From: Octopus sinensis
Taxonomy: Eukaryota
Length of the DNA: 64,000 bases
Direction of reading: 5' to 3'
Assembly (NCBI RefSeq): GCF_006345805.1
Contig: NC_043012.1
Location: 7,440,001 to 7,504,000 of the forward strand
Shown here: positions 13,253-26,627 of the stretch, one piece after another
How the letters are laid out: every line of letters starts with the position of its first letter
Numbering within the stretch: position 1 is the first letter of the stretch
Notes under the pieces: model-generated
What the model saw: the letters and a program-made list of their open reading frames with translations, nothing else
What the model was told of the DNA's origin: nothing
The model's database searches: none
Made by a program: the position numbers and the translations under genes

Positions 13253-13862
13253 GAAGATAGGGAGTGGGGTGGGAAGTAAGAATGAACAATGTAGCAATGT
13301 CGGTGGGACGAGTCTTATGTAACTTAATACCGTCAGATGTCTATATATCGCCATATTACTTCAGCCAGCAGACGAATTCCAACAAACGCCATGTTGCCTT
13401 GCTTTTTTTTTTCCATTCATTTTCATATAATGCCCTACATTTTCCTTTCTTTTCTTTTTATATTTTTAAGTAATGTGTGGTGGAGCATGGTGATATGTGG
13501 TTGCATTTTTTTGCTTTCGTTATTCAGTCCCAGGCCGGCTCTAGCGTTCCAGATGCGAACATCGCATCTATTTTTGTATTTAAGACGGAGGCCATTAATT
13601 TTTATTTTTAAAGGATAAAGTGCGATATGAAAGAAGTCGACTGTCATTTCTAGCGGATCTGATGACCACGCCAAAAGTTTCTACTGCTTTTGACTGCTCT
13701 TGTCGATGAGTGGTTAGTGAAATGAGGGTAATTAGCTCAAATATGTCTTTTGATTGCAGTACCACATGAAGGCTTTCCTTTTTGCTTTTTCATAAATAAA
13801 ATAATACGACGAACTGGCATTTCGTTCAGGGTGAATGTTTGCGTAGCCAGCAGCGTGGCATC

Positions 13863-13919
<57 letters not shown>

Positions 13920-13921
<2 letters not shown>

Positions 13922-14146
13922 TTCTTTACTACCCACAAGAGCTAAACACAGAGGAGACAAACAAGGACAGACAAACGGATTAAGTCGATTACATCGACCT
14001 CAGTGCGTAACTGGTACTTATTTATCGACCCCGGAAGGATGAAAGGCAAAGTCGACCTCGGCGGAATTTGAACTCGGAACGTAACGGCAGAAGACGAAAT
14101 ACGGGCAACGCTTTTCGCCCGGCGTGCTAACGTTTCTGCCAGCTCG

Positions 14147-14150
<4 letters not shown>
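13920..14150 (-). mobile_element. tRNA SINE family A, full monomer
   Basis: Reverse complement of aaggcgagctggcagaaacgttagcacg..gagttccaaattccgccgaggtcgactttgcctttcatcc..gtgggtagtaaagaaata. Confidence 0.85.
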
Positions 14151-14211
<61 letters not shown>

Positions 14212-14227
14212 CTATATATATTATATA

Positions 14228-14294
<67 letters not shown>

Positions 14295-14542
14295 GTGTGT
14301 GTGTTGTGTGTGTGTGTGTGTTCTAATCGGTTTTCTAATGGCTTTTCTTTTTAAATTCTAGCCCATCGGACCCAGCCATTCCCATACAACACCGTATCAA
14401 GTTTATAACCATGTTTTTCGTTGTTTTATTTTTTTATTTTCGATCATTGCGCAAGGAAGTCACAACTTGTTTTTTGAGAAATTAATAACAAACATGATTC
14501 AAGATCTTTAAGGAAGAAAATGCAATGTAAGTTTGCGATACC

Positions 14543-14900
14543 CTACAAACCTTAATCCTAAATTCTAAAAGCTAAGCTTAAACCCTAAACACTAACCCTA
14601 ACTCTCTAACCCTACCCCCTACCCCAACCCCCTAACCCTAACGCTAAACCTAACCCTAAACCCTAACCCTAACCCCCTAATCCTAAACCTTAACCCTAAA
14701 CCCTAACCTCCAATTCTAAAACTTAATCTTTAGCCTAAACCTAAATCCTAAACCATAACCTAAAGACTAAATCTAAATGCTGACCCCAAACGCAAAGTAG
14801 AGTCTAAACTTAACCTCTAACCCCTAATTATAAATCGTAACACAAAACCCTAACCCTAACCTTAAGCCCTGAACCTAAAAATAAACCCTAATCTTAATGT
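14543..14900. repeat. Degenerate interstitial (CCCTAA)n telomere-like array
   Basis: Many ccctaa/cctaaa/accctaac units, e.g. aaccctaaccctaaccccctaatcctaaacc. Confidence 0.75.
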
Positions 14901-15479
14901 TTGATTTTTATTTTATTAAAAAAATTAAAAACACATGGAATACTCCGCTTGCAAGTAATAATTGCTAATTCTAATATGTCAATAATGGGAGATTCTGATT
15001 GGCTGCAATTACAAAAGAAAATTCAATCGTTAAAGGTTTATTATTTATGTGTCCAAAATAGAAAAAAAAATTTTTCGAAATTTGCAGACAAAACCACATC
15101 AGTGTAGAAAAAATTTAAATAATCGTCTTCTATAAGTGAAACAGAGAAAAGGCAAGATAATATATGTTATTGAAATATATACCGCATTTGTGAAAAGCAA
15201 ATGCGAAATATGATACAGTGGTCATGGCTGGAGTGCCTTATGATGAAAGCGCTACTCGATGAAGTTTGACTCGGGGCTGAACAACAACAACAATAATATA
15301 TTACCACCCACCACAACCACCACTACTATTATTACCTCTACTACTACAACGCCCCCCCCCCACAAAAAAAAACAGTAGCAATAATAGCCAGGCAATACTA
15401 ATATTTGCACATCAAGAACAAGATGAAGTAGGAAAAGAGAAAATTTTAATAATAATCATTTCTACTATAAACACGAGGC

Positions 15480-15905
15480 CTAAAATTTGGAGGAAGGGAT
15501 TAAACCTATTATATCGACCCCAGTGCCTCACTAGTACTTATTTAATCGACCTCGAAAGGATGGAGAGGAGGATAGTCGATTACATCTACTCCAGTACTCA
15601 ACTGGTACTTAATTTATCGACCCCGAAACGATGAAAGGCAAAGTCGACCCCGTTGGCATTTGAACTCAGAACGCAAAGTCGGACGAAATACCTATTTCTT
15701 TACTACCCACAAGGGGCTACACACAGAGGGGACAAACAAGGACAGACAAATGGATTAAGTCGATTACATTGACCCCAGTGCGTAACTGGTACTTAATTTA
15801 TCGACCCCGAAAGGATGAAAGGCAAAGTCGACCTCGGCGGAATTGGAACTCAGAACGTAACGGCAGACAAAATACGTGCTAACGTTTCTGCCAGCTGGCC
15901 GCCTC
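15480..15905 (-). mobile_element. tRNA SINE family A concatemer
   Basis: Two to three head-less bodies joined at gaaatacctatttc. Confidence 0.8.
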
Positions 15906-16163
15906 AATAATGATGATGATGATGATGATGATGATGACGATAAGTGAACATGATCAAAATAAAAAAGGAAAAGAAAATATAAAGCTGAGAGGAATGCAAA
16001 CACTAGAACTAAAAAAAAGCAATAAAGAAAGTTTAAAAAAATATATATATATATATAAATAATGTGTGGCACACCAGGGATGGGTGGGGGAGTATGAAAA
16101 GGGTGTGGTGAGAGAAAAACTATTTCTGAGTGTCTCAGAAATTATGATGGTCTCAGTCAAACG

Positions 16164-16244
<81 letters not shown>

Positions 16245-17129
16245 AGGGTCCATGTAGTTTCATGGGCAAAAAAATGTTCAACTTCTTGCCTAGAGCGAGC
16301 CCATAGCAATATCATATCTTCTCCACTATTTCAGTATTACGTGTTAAAAGTGAAACAAAAACGTTTCTCTATTTTATGTCAGATGCTTTCACTTTAACAA
16401 TAAAAATGATAATAACAATTGAATTATATGTAGTAAGTAATAATTAAAATCAACTAAAGTATAATATAATCGTAACATGACAAAAGAAAAATAGCAATTG
16501 GTATAAATTGCATCAATGACTTGAACTTGAATAAGTGGTTTCACATGAATGGATAAATTAAAAATAAAATTAGCGTGCAGAAATGGAATAGTCCAGATGG
16601 ATAATAAAAAATTAATTAAAGAAAAAAGAGATTTGAACACATGGAGGAAAGCACTTTCGAAAAGTGTCTTGGTGCGACTATGAAAGGTATCTAATCAGAG
16701 GCGGTAAATTCGCCACAATAGAAGCAAGGTTCGAGTCAACGGAGCGTGCAAGGGAGTACTCGACTCGAACTTGCAAAGTGGAAATATTTTATTTTCACCT
16801 TTATATCTGGGACGTAGGACGTCCCGGAAAAAAATTTTAAATGCCCCTTCCCCCCAAAGTAGAGGTAGGCTGGATTGTAGCGACACTTCTATACAAGAGG
16901 GAGGACAAGATACAATTGATCGAAATTACAAGAGACGGGCTAACAATTCCAGTCTGTTATAAATTTTGAGTATTGTTATCACTAGCGATATCACGATATA
17001 ACTTTGTATTTTGTATTTTATGTGTAGATGTATATATATATAGATGTACATGTAATATGTACACATATATATACACATATCTACATGCACTAGCACTATG
17101 ACCCGGCAACGACGGCTTTTTTATGCTAG

Positions 17130-17193
<64 letters not shown>

Positions 17194-17531
17194 TGATGTA
17201 CGTATGTTTGTATGTATGTATGCATGTGTTTGTGTATGTACATTTATAAATGCACACATACATAAACACACAGGCACACACGCATACATGTATCATTATC
17301 CTAAATGGAGACGAGTACCAACGTTCCTTTGTAGAAGCTAGATAATTGTTGAAAGGGTTACTGCATGAAACGATTGGTAGCCTTGTTAACTCATAAATAA
17401 AGAATGTTTATCCATCAATGCGGGTCACTCATTCTTACTGTTCGATATTAACGTATATACATACATGCATACATACATACATACATACATACATACATAC
17501 ATACATACATACATACATACATACATACATA

Positions 17532-17738
17532 GTTAATCCAAACATGAAAACACAAAGAGAAAACACAACAACGCGAGGGCGTGGAACAAATATAGTATCA
17601 TTGGACGCTCAGGAAGGAAGGGAAGAAAGAAGGTTTAACGTTTCGAGCGGAGCTCTTCGTCAGAAACATAAGAAAATGAAAGATCCAGAGAAGGGAAGAC
17701 GGAGGAACAAAAATCGCCAACGGTACACACGCGGTCAC
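17532..17738 (-). mobile_element. Penelope-like pseudo-LTR fragment carrying a minimal hammerhead
   Basis: Flanked by (CATA)n and contains the HHR at 17633-17667. The Penelope assignment is inferred from the HHR type. Confidence 0.5.
17633..17667 (-). ncRNA. Minimal type I hammerhead ribozyme motif
   Basis: gttt-CTGACGA-a-gagc(tcc)gctc-GAAA-CG-TT-aaac. Stem I gttt/aaac, palindromic stem III ACGT. Confidence 0.7.
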
Positions 17739-18919
17739 ATACATACATACATACATACATACATACATACATACATACATACATACATACATACACATAC
17801 ACACGTGTGTGTATGTGCATAAATATTTGCATATATATTTGTACATATAAGCGTATATATCCATTTATATACATATACACACACACATACACGCTTACAT
17901 TAAGCCTATAGATTAGTTATAAGTCATATTCCAGTTCTCAGGATGCAAAAAAACACCGACGGCTGCATCAATAACATCGTCATCAACGCTGGTAAGAACG
18001 TCACCAACACCACCAACAAGAACATCAACAACAAATAAATGGACAACAAAACAACACAGCAATTTGTATTACATTCTGTAATATGGGTATAAATAGAAAA
18101 CAATGTTGAGGTGTGGTCAACGTACCCGTAACGATACGACACGCTACTAATTCAATTTCCTTTCGTCTGTTGGGATTGGGTGGGGACAAGATCGAGGGAT
18201 TGGAAAGGGGTGTGTTACCCAAATATTTCAAATGATAATAAACCCACCGGCACGCACACGCGCACGCACAAAAACACATTCACACACTCACACTCGTGTA
18301 CGAACATGCCTTTATTTTACACTAGCTCACGCGTTCCCACGCACACTCGCGCACACACAAACACACAGATACACACACAAACTCATACAGATGTGATCAT
18401 TCATCCAAGCACAAACTCTGACACGCAAATAAAAATAAACACATACACAAATACATTCTATTAATGAAATGATTCGTGACAATCGAGCGAATGTTTCGTT
18501 TATCAAACGAATCGTTTGATAAGCTGTTGTAATGAGTTTGAAAAGATTAAGAGCAAACCCTTTCCTCTACGGCCAATATTTCACAACACTTCTCAAGTAA
18601 TATTTCAGGAAAATGTGGGAAGTGCTGCGCCCCACACCACCACCACTTTGTCGAAGATTTACTAAAAACATGTGCTAGAATATGTTCCACGGAAAGGAGT
18701 ACATGCGGCTGATAGTCGGAGCCCTTTATTTCTCGGTTGGCCCTAGGTAACTCTCACCCTTATTGGAGTCATTGTATTTCATTACACAGTTGAACGTTGC
18801 TGTATTTCAAACTTCTCTGTTCGTACTCGTTTATAAATTTCCGTTTCTCCCACCGTTATTCTAAGTCGTCCATGCAAAGTCCAATCATTCGCAGCGCCCC
18901 TTGAATTATAAATTATTAT

Positions 18920-19485
18920 TCTTGAGTGAGAGAGCAGTACATGCCATCAAAGTGACACTGGGGTAAAATATACGAAGCCCAGTATACCCATCATGACTAC
19001 CTGTCTGATAAGGGTACACCAAGCACATGCATCACAACCATATGTGCGCGACATGGTGATCTCATATCAAGATAAACAGCGCATGACCTTGCAGGTGGGG
19101 CCCAGTTAGAATTTTCTTCTGGTCGAGTAACACATCCCACTCAAAAGGTCCCTGAATAAGGATTGTTTAAGGATATTGAACGAACCACCCATGTTTCCAA
19201 AGGTGAATTATCCAAACTTCTAAGAATTCCTTTCAACATACGGCTATGATGCTCCCCCACTACTTCTGCTTGTGGTCAGAGATGCACATAGCGTCAGCCA
19301 CTAAGGGACATGCTCAACTGGTTACGGTCAAACAACTGACAAGCAAATCTGTGGCATTGAGCAGAATATTTGCTGTAGCCCATCTTTTATACCAAGACAA
19401 AACAATGTACATGATAACACTTCCAATCAGTTAAGATCAGAAGCCATGAGAGCCAGTGCCTGGTACTGCATCAGGGCATTTATTA
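18920..19485. mobile_element. ~560-bp non-coding interspersed repeat embedded between (TTA)n tracts
   Basis: Sharp boundaries at ttattatt on both sides. I recall this sequence as a common octopus repeat (unverified). Confidence 0.5.
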
Positions 19486-19491
19486 TTATTA

Positions 19492-19555
<64 letters not shown>

Positions 19556-19639
19556 CATTATTATCTGGCTAAGGTGGTGAGCTGGCAGAACAGTTAGCGC
19601 GTCCGACAAAATGAGTCTTGCATTTTTCAACAAGTTTTA

Positions 19640-20240
19640 CGGTTTTTCTTTGCTTTCGCTCCCTTCAGCCTCTCCAGGTTTTGACCATGAAAAGCCTGTC
19701 CTTTCCGCCACTTTATCGTGACATCCTGAGGTCTAAATTTTTATTTTAGAACTTAGCCTTCTCTCCTTTTCCAACAAAACGGTCATTTCGGCTTCCATTT
19801 TCTATTCGTTGGTTGGCTTCCTATCAAAAGCTTATTTAATTTGTGTTCTGTAACTATTTCTACAAGCTTTCCATTATTCATTAATAAGCTAGTTTTTATA
19901 GTCCTACTCTGGTTATTTTATAACAGCTTTCTAGTTTTCTTATATTCGTCGAAAATATATAATCTTACTAGATAAGATTTTGTGTGGTGCATTCTAAATA
20001 GCCATTATTTTAATCGCTTGCTTTTTTCATATCTAATCTTTAGTGAGGTAGTATTCAGTAGAAATTATAACTATATTTTATTACTGGGACAACAAAAGTT
20101 ACTAATACCTATTATCTTTTTATTTTTGTATTCAATTTAAGTATTAATCTAATGTCGCTATAATATTGCTTCCGAATCTGTCATCAGTTTGGTATTAAAC
20201 ATCTCTGCTATCACATCAGAACTTTGTATTTTTATCATTT
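19640..20240 (-). mobile_element. Decayed R4/Dong-like non-LTR RT region
   Basis: Broken minus reading KQYYSDIRLILKLN..TFVVPVIKYSYN..RLDMK..KWRKGQAFHG resembles the region after the RT domain of R4-clade elements. Confidence 0.5.
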
Positions 20241-20929
20241 CCTGGAGCCTTCCAGCTGTTTGCTTTCGTAACGTCTAGGTTTGTTTTTCCTTTTCTTTTC
20301 CTGATATTCCAAGATTGCACAGGCGCCGTTTTTCGATGTTTTGAACAATATCTCAATCATGGGGATCCCTTCGTTGTTCATAATCCTCCTCCTCCACCTC
20401 TTCTTCTTACTTCTCTGCCTCACCTCCTCCTTCTCCCCCCTCCTCATTCTCCTCCTCCATAAAAATTTTTCCATTCACTTTTGCTGTTGATGTAGTTGTG
20501 ATTTCTGTATTATTTCTGCCAGTTTACAATAAAATCGTTTCTGGCTGAGGTCGATCGATTTGTTTGGTTCAAAGAATCAGTGAGGTTTTTCAGATCGAGC
20601 CGGCGGAATCGCTAGAGCGTCTAAAGAAATGCCTTGCGGTCATTAATTTCTGCTCTTTATGTTATGAGTTCAAATCCCGCAGTAGCCAATCTGTAATCTT
20701 TTAGGGATCGATAAAATAAAGGGTCATTCTAGTACTTCGGGTCGAACAAAGCATTTCTTCCGGCTTTCTTTTCCCTCTGAGTTCGAGTTCCACCAAGGTC
20801 GGCTTTGCCTTTTATCTTTTCGGGGTCGATAAAATAAGCACTAGTTTAACACTGAAGGTGATATAATCGACTAACTTTCCCTCCAAAATTTTAGGCCTTG
20901 TGACTATAGTAGAAAGGTTGTTGTTGTTG

Positions 20930-20965
<36 letters not shown>

Positions 20966-20994
20966 TATATTATTATTATTATTACTATTATTAC

Positions 20995-21605
20995 GTTAGT
21001 ACATGATAATTTCGTTAGCAGGTATTTTATCTTGAGGTTTAGTGACAACGAGTCTTCTCAAGTCTAAAGAAATTTTCTTAAGATTCTCGCAGAATATAAG
21101 ACGGCACTTTTTTGCAGGTCGACAATACTGGTTTCAATTCCAATTTCTTTCAGTCTTTTAGGCAGAATTTTGGCGTTGAGCCAAGTGCACCTATTACTGC
21201 AGGAATAATTGTGGTTTTGGTCTTCCTCAGTCTCCTCAGCTCTCTGACCAGATCCTGGTATTTCTCAATTTTTTTAATTTCTTAGGTATTGACTCTGCTA
21301 TCATAGGAAATTGCTAAATCTATGATCTAACATTGTTTATTTTGTCCTCTACACTCACGTTTGGTGTCCTTGCCTCAATAGTATGGCCAGTCTTTATGGC
21401 GAAGTCTCACAAGATATTGTAATTCTCATTTCCTATCACAATCGGCTAACATCTCAATGCATTTTTTGCTTACACAATCATATACTCCTTTTGTGCTAGT
21501 ATACTACATTCCTTCAAAATGTGATTGATACTCTCGTGTCCTTTCCTGCAGGTTCTGCGTTTGCTGCCTGACTGAGTTTTGTCGATCTTTGCCTTGATTA
21601 GACTT
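20995..21605 (-). mobile_element. R4/Dong-like 3' end (zinc knuckle, RLE endonuclease, 3' UTR, (TAA)n tail)
   Basis: KIDKTQSGSKRRTCRKGHESINHILKECSILAQKEY..YNIL*DFAIKT..KYQDL..IIPAVIGALGSTPK across frameshifts. Ends at a (TAA)n array. Confidence 0.8.
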
Positions 21606-21633
21606 GTTCTAAGTTGCTGTTGTTGTTGATGAC

Positions 21634-21679
<46 letters not shown>

Positions 21680-21748
21680 TATTATATCATTATTATTATT
21701 ATTATTAAATCCTTAAAAATGCTTCAGCGGCCATGCTGGTGCACCACC

Positions 21749-21798
<50 letters not shown>

Positions 21799-22052
21799 CG
21801 CACCGGAAAAAAATTGCTTCACAGCATTTCTTCTGTCTTTACGTCCTGAGTTTGAGTTCAAATTCTGTCCAGGAACTACTTTGCCTTTCACCCTTTCGAG
21901 GTCGTTTAAATAAGCGCCGGTTGAGCGCTGGTAATCGACTTATCCACTCACCCGAAATTGTTGGTCTTGTGACAAAATTTAAAACCATTACCATTATTAT
22001 TATCATTATTATCATTATTATTATTATTATTCATTATTTATTGTTGTTATTA

Positions 22053-22094
<42 letters not shown>

Positions 22095-22189
22095 CATTAT
22101 TATCATTATTATTATTATTATTATCATTATTATTATTGTTGTTATTATTTATTATTATTTTATTATTATTATTATTATCATTATTATTA

Positions 22190-22532
22190 CTCTTTTACTC
22201 TTTACTCTTTTACTTTTTTCAGTCATTTGACTGCGGCCATGCTAGAGCACCGCCTTTAGTCGAGCAAATCGACCCCGGGACTTATTCTTTGTAAGCCCAG
22301 TACTTATTCTATCGGTCTCTTTTGCCGAACCGCTAAGTGACGGGGACGTAAACACACCAGCATCGGTTGTCAAGCAATGCTAGGGGGACAAACATAGGCA
22401 CACAAACATATACACATTGGTCGGCCCGGGGCTATAGCAGAAGACACTTGCCCAAGATGCCACGCAGTGGGACTGAACCCGGAACCATGTGGCTGGTTAG
22501 CAAGCTACTTACCACACAGCCACTCCTGCGCC
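22190..22532 (-). mobile_element. CORE-like SINE family B with internal deletion
   Basis: Shares diagnostic bases with 49493-49932. Confidence 0.85.
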
Positions 22533-22551
22533 TATATTATTATTACTATTA

Positions 22552-22598
<47 letters not shown>

Positions 22599-22922
22599 GC
22601 TGTTGTTGGTGGTGGTGGTAGTGGAGGTGGTAGTTGTGGGTAATGATAGTGGCGATGGTGTCATCGTCGTCGTCGTTGTCGTCATCGTTGCTATTATTGT
22701 TATTTTATCACAACTTTATAAGTCAGATATAATTACCGAATTACTGCCATAAATTCTGTTATGTTTATAGCCAACACCATTCCATGTCACGGCGTTTTTT
22801 TTTACAACTTTTTTCAGTCACTAATGAATTAATTAAATATGATAGCCTTTACAACATTTCTTCATTACCAGCACTCCGTCTTGGGGTTATACACATACAT
22901 GCTGCTATGTTTGTAAGTATTC

Positions 22923-22961
<39 letters not shown>

Positions 22962-23010
22962 ATAATATATATATTATATATATATATATATAGTATATAT
23001 ATATATATAT

Positions 23011-23041
<31 letters not shown>

Positions 23042-23150
23042 GTTATATATATATATATAATATATATACCTATATATATATTATATATATCTATAATATA
23101 TATGTATATATATATATATTATATACATATATATGTATATATATATATAT

Positions 23151-23191
<41 letters not shown>

Positions 23192-23286
23192 TATATATGT
23201 ATATTATATATATATATATACTATATATTATATAAGATATATATACTATATATATTATATATATATATAATATATATATATAATAG

Positions 23287-23322
<36 letters not shown>

Positions 23323-23467
23323 ATATATATATTATATATACACTATGTGCATTTGTGTAGGTGTTTGTATTAAAATGATAGCTGTTTCGTACTGCAAACC
23401 AGTACGAAATCTAAAGATTATTGCACACATTTAAATATAAACGTGTGTGTATGTGTGTGTGTGTGTT

Positions 23468-23532
<65 letters not shown>

Positions 23533-24078
23533 TGTGTGTGTGTGTGTGAGTTTACTTAGCAATGTGTACGTTACGAGAGTATATTTATGAAAACAACTGT
23601 ATATGCAAATAACTGTTCTCCCGCTGCTGTTACTGTTGTTGTTGGTGGTGGTGGCGGTGATGGTGGTGGTAGTGGTGTTGTTGTTGGTGGTGGTGGTGGT
23701 GATGGTGGTGGCGGCGGTGATGTTGTGGGTTATATTCGCACAGATTTTCTTTAAAAAAATGCCAATAATTTTCGGGTCACAGGGATCAATGGAGTCAGCT
23801 TTCCACCCAACTTCTTAAATAAAATGGATTCATTATTTGCTGTTGTTTTTGTTGGTGGTGTTGTCCTTGTTATTGTTTTAGCCCATGGTAAGTGTTCGCT
23901 GAGATGGTCTGTAGCCAGAGACACGTCGATCGTGATCGTTTCGTCACTTCCGTACGACCTAGGATTATCAAGGACTATATTATCTAATGTGTCTATCTTT
24001 CTCCCTCCTTTCCTTTTCAAATATGATTTGAAGGAAGGGAGCATTTCAAGATGTCTTTAGAAATAACATTATGTAATA

Positions 24079-24465
24079 CTAGCAGTATCGCCCGGCGTTG
24101 CTCGGGTTTGTAAGGGAAATAACTATATAAGCATTTTTAGAGAGTTATAGCCAAAAAATAGCAAAAAAATGGGAAAAAAAATGATGGTAATTTTTTTAAA
24201 AATCGTTGACTCATCATAGACATTTTTAGAGAGTTACTTCCCTTATATAATAGCAAAAAAATGCATTAAAATGGAAAAAAATTATGGTAAATTATTTTTA
24301 ACATCGTAGACTCATCGTAGACGCGCGCTAATACCCAGAAGGGCTCGATATGAATCACGACTATAAGATACCCGGTTTTGGTTAAACTGCACTGCAAAAT
24401 GTGGGAGTGGTTAGGAATCTAAATTGAAGGGGACAGACACACAACTTCACTCTTATATATAAAGA
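24079..24465 (-). mobile_element. Non-autonomous Helitron-like element
   Basis: 5' TC, 3' hairpin cccgagcaacgccggg followed by CTAG, inserted between A and T with no TSD. Confidence 0.85.
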
Positions 24466-24541
24466 TATACATCCTTCCTTTTTATTTTTTGGTAAGATAC
24501 CAAGGAAACTACGATAACGACGAAGACGAGAACGATGACGT

Positions 24542-24594
<53 letters not shown>

Positions 24595-25504
24595 TGATGA
24601 TGGTAGTGGTGGCGGCAGCAGTGGTGGTGGTTACAGTGGTGGTCATAATGATAAGGATGCTTAGCATTTCGTCCGTTTTTTACGTTCTGAGCTCAAATTC
24701 CGCCTTGGTCGACTTTGCCTTTTATCTTTTCAGGGTCAATATAATAAGTACCATTTGAGCACTGAGGCTCAAATTCTTCTTAATCAACTTCTTATTATTA
24801 TCATTGTCCTTATAAGGCAGCGATTTGACTGAATCGTAAGATCCTCGAGCAAAATGTCTTGCGGTATTTGATCCAACTCTTGACGCTCTGAATTCAAACC
24901 CCACCGAGATTAAGTCTGCTTTTCATTCCTCCGGGGTCAATAAAACGAAGTACCTGTCACGTACTGGGAGCATGGTATAGTCTAGCTCCTCCCCGTCACT
25001 CAAAATTACTGACCTCGTCCCTAACTTAGAAACCAATACTACTAACCTTTTTAGTCAATTTTGATACCATTATTGTGGTTGTTGTTGATGTGATAATAAT
25101 TATTGTTTTGTTGCTATTTCGATGGTTGCTGGTAATAATATTGTTTTCTTGGTGTTATAGTTGTGGTTGTTGTCGTCGTTGTCTTCTGCTTCTTCTTCTT
25201 CTTCTTCTTCTTCTTCTTCTTCTTCTTCTTCTTCTTCTTCTTCTTCTTCTTCCAGTTAGGACTCATGCCATTAGCCACAAAGTATAATCTCTAATTCGAG
25301 CCTACTCTAAGCTACTAAGATCCACCCACCACACGCGATAGACTGGCGGTTGCACGGGCGCGAAAGCTACGTTGTTATCCTCATTCCGTAATCGGTGGCT
25401 TTTTAACGGGTGGAGAGCTGAACCATCCTGGGGTACAGAGGATTCGCAACCTAGACTAGGGTCTGAAAGTTTACCACACAATAGTGGGTTACACCATGGT
25501 TCTT

Positions 25505-25710
25505 CTGCTTTGTGGCAGAAGTAGGAAGAAAGAGTGAGAGAAAGTTGCGGTGAAAGAGTACAGCGTGGTTCACCACCCCTCCCTGCCGGAACATCGTGGA
25601 GCTTAGGTGTTTTTGCTCAATAGACACTCACAATGCCCGGTCTGGGAATCGAAACCGCGCTCTTACGACCGCGAGTCCGCTGCCCTAACTACTGGGCCAT
25701 TGCGCTTCCA
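25505..25710 (-). mobile_element. tRNA SINE family D, diverged
   Basis: aaagagtgagagaaagttg..gagcttaggtgtt..gaatcgaaacc..ctaactactgggcc. Confidence 0.7.
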
Positions 25711-25805
25711 CTATCATTGTTGTTGTCGACGTCGTCATTGTCAGCGTCGTCGTTGTCGTTGTTATTGTCATTATTGTTCTTGTCCTTATCGCCATCGTTA
25801 CTTAC

Positions 25806-25964
25806 CTTCCACGTTGTTGTCGCTGCTGAATGTGAAGTCGGTCAGTTTCCAGACGTATGTCCGGTAGTCGGAGCTGTTGTCTGTATCGATGGTCCCTGAA
25901 CCGTGATCGAGACATATCCCCACGTTACACTCCATTGAACTCACCGGTTTCTCTTCGCCAGCAT
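25806..25964 (-). CDS. madd-4: Internal coding exon B of ADAMTSL/MADD-4-like gene
   Basis: Acceptor attattttgtAG, donor GAAG|GTAAGT, 159 nt, phase 1 to 1, only one open frame. Encodes (D)AGEEKPVSSMECNVGICLDHGSGTIDTDNSSDYRTYVWKLTDFTFSSDNNVE, completing the TSR of exon A (KP..C....C) and starting the next one (YxW....FT). Confidence 0.8.
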
Positions 25965-25970
25965 CTACAA

Positions 25971-26015
<45 letters not shown>

Positions 26016-26038
26016 TAATAATAATGATAATAATAATA

Positions 26039-26069
<31 letters not shown>

Positions 26070-26071
26070 TG

Positions 26072-26118
<47 letters not shown>

Positions 26119-26627
26119 TAGTTACAATTAACAGGTGTAATTAACAAGAAGCCTACACACCAATTAAGCAGATGATCAATCAACCAGTCAACCAATGATT
26201 CTATATTTCTAACTAAATAAATCTCTCCATTCCTCCCACGCTGATGCACGCGCGCATACACACACACATACATACATGCAGCATACATACATACATACAT
26301 ACATACATACATACATACATACATACATACATACATACATACACGTACATACATACACAGATACATACATAGATACATACATAAGTACATGCATACATAC
26401 ATGCACATACATACAGAGATACATACATACAACTATACATACATACATATATACATACATAAGTACATGCATACATGCATACACAGATACATACATACAT
26501 ACAACTATACATAAATAATATATACATACATTCACGGACTTACATACAGAGATACATACATGCATACATACATGAAGGAGCCTTGGATCTAGATAAATCC
26601 CATAAACTTCAGTGATAAAATGTGTGG

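Noticed and set aside
16725-16830. Small inverted repeats (gcaaggttcgagtc/gactcgaacttgc; gggacgt/acgtccc)
   Set aside because: Short, single occurrence, no supporting context.
23824-23887. + strand signal-peptide-like MDSLFAVVFVGGVVLVIVLAH followed by GTAAGT
   Set aside because: Hydrophobicity comes from degenerate GTT/GGT repeats, and no downstream + strand exons were found.
23751-24054. Minus 97-aa ORF as the exon after B
   Set aside because: The best acceptor gives an early stop in phase 1, there is no TSR signature, and exon C at 7503 fits better. A minor terminal exon is not excluded.
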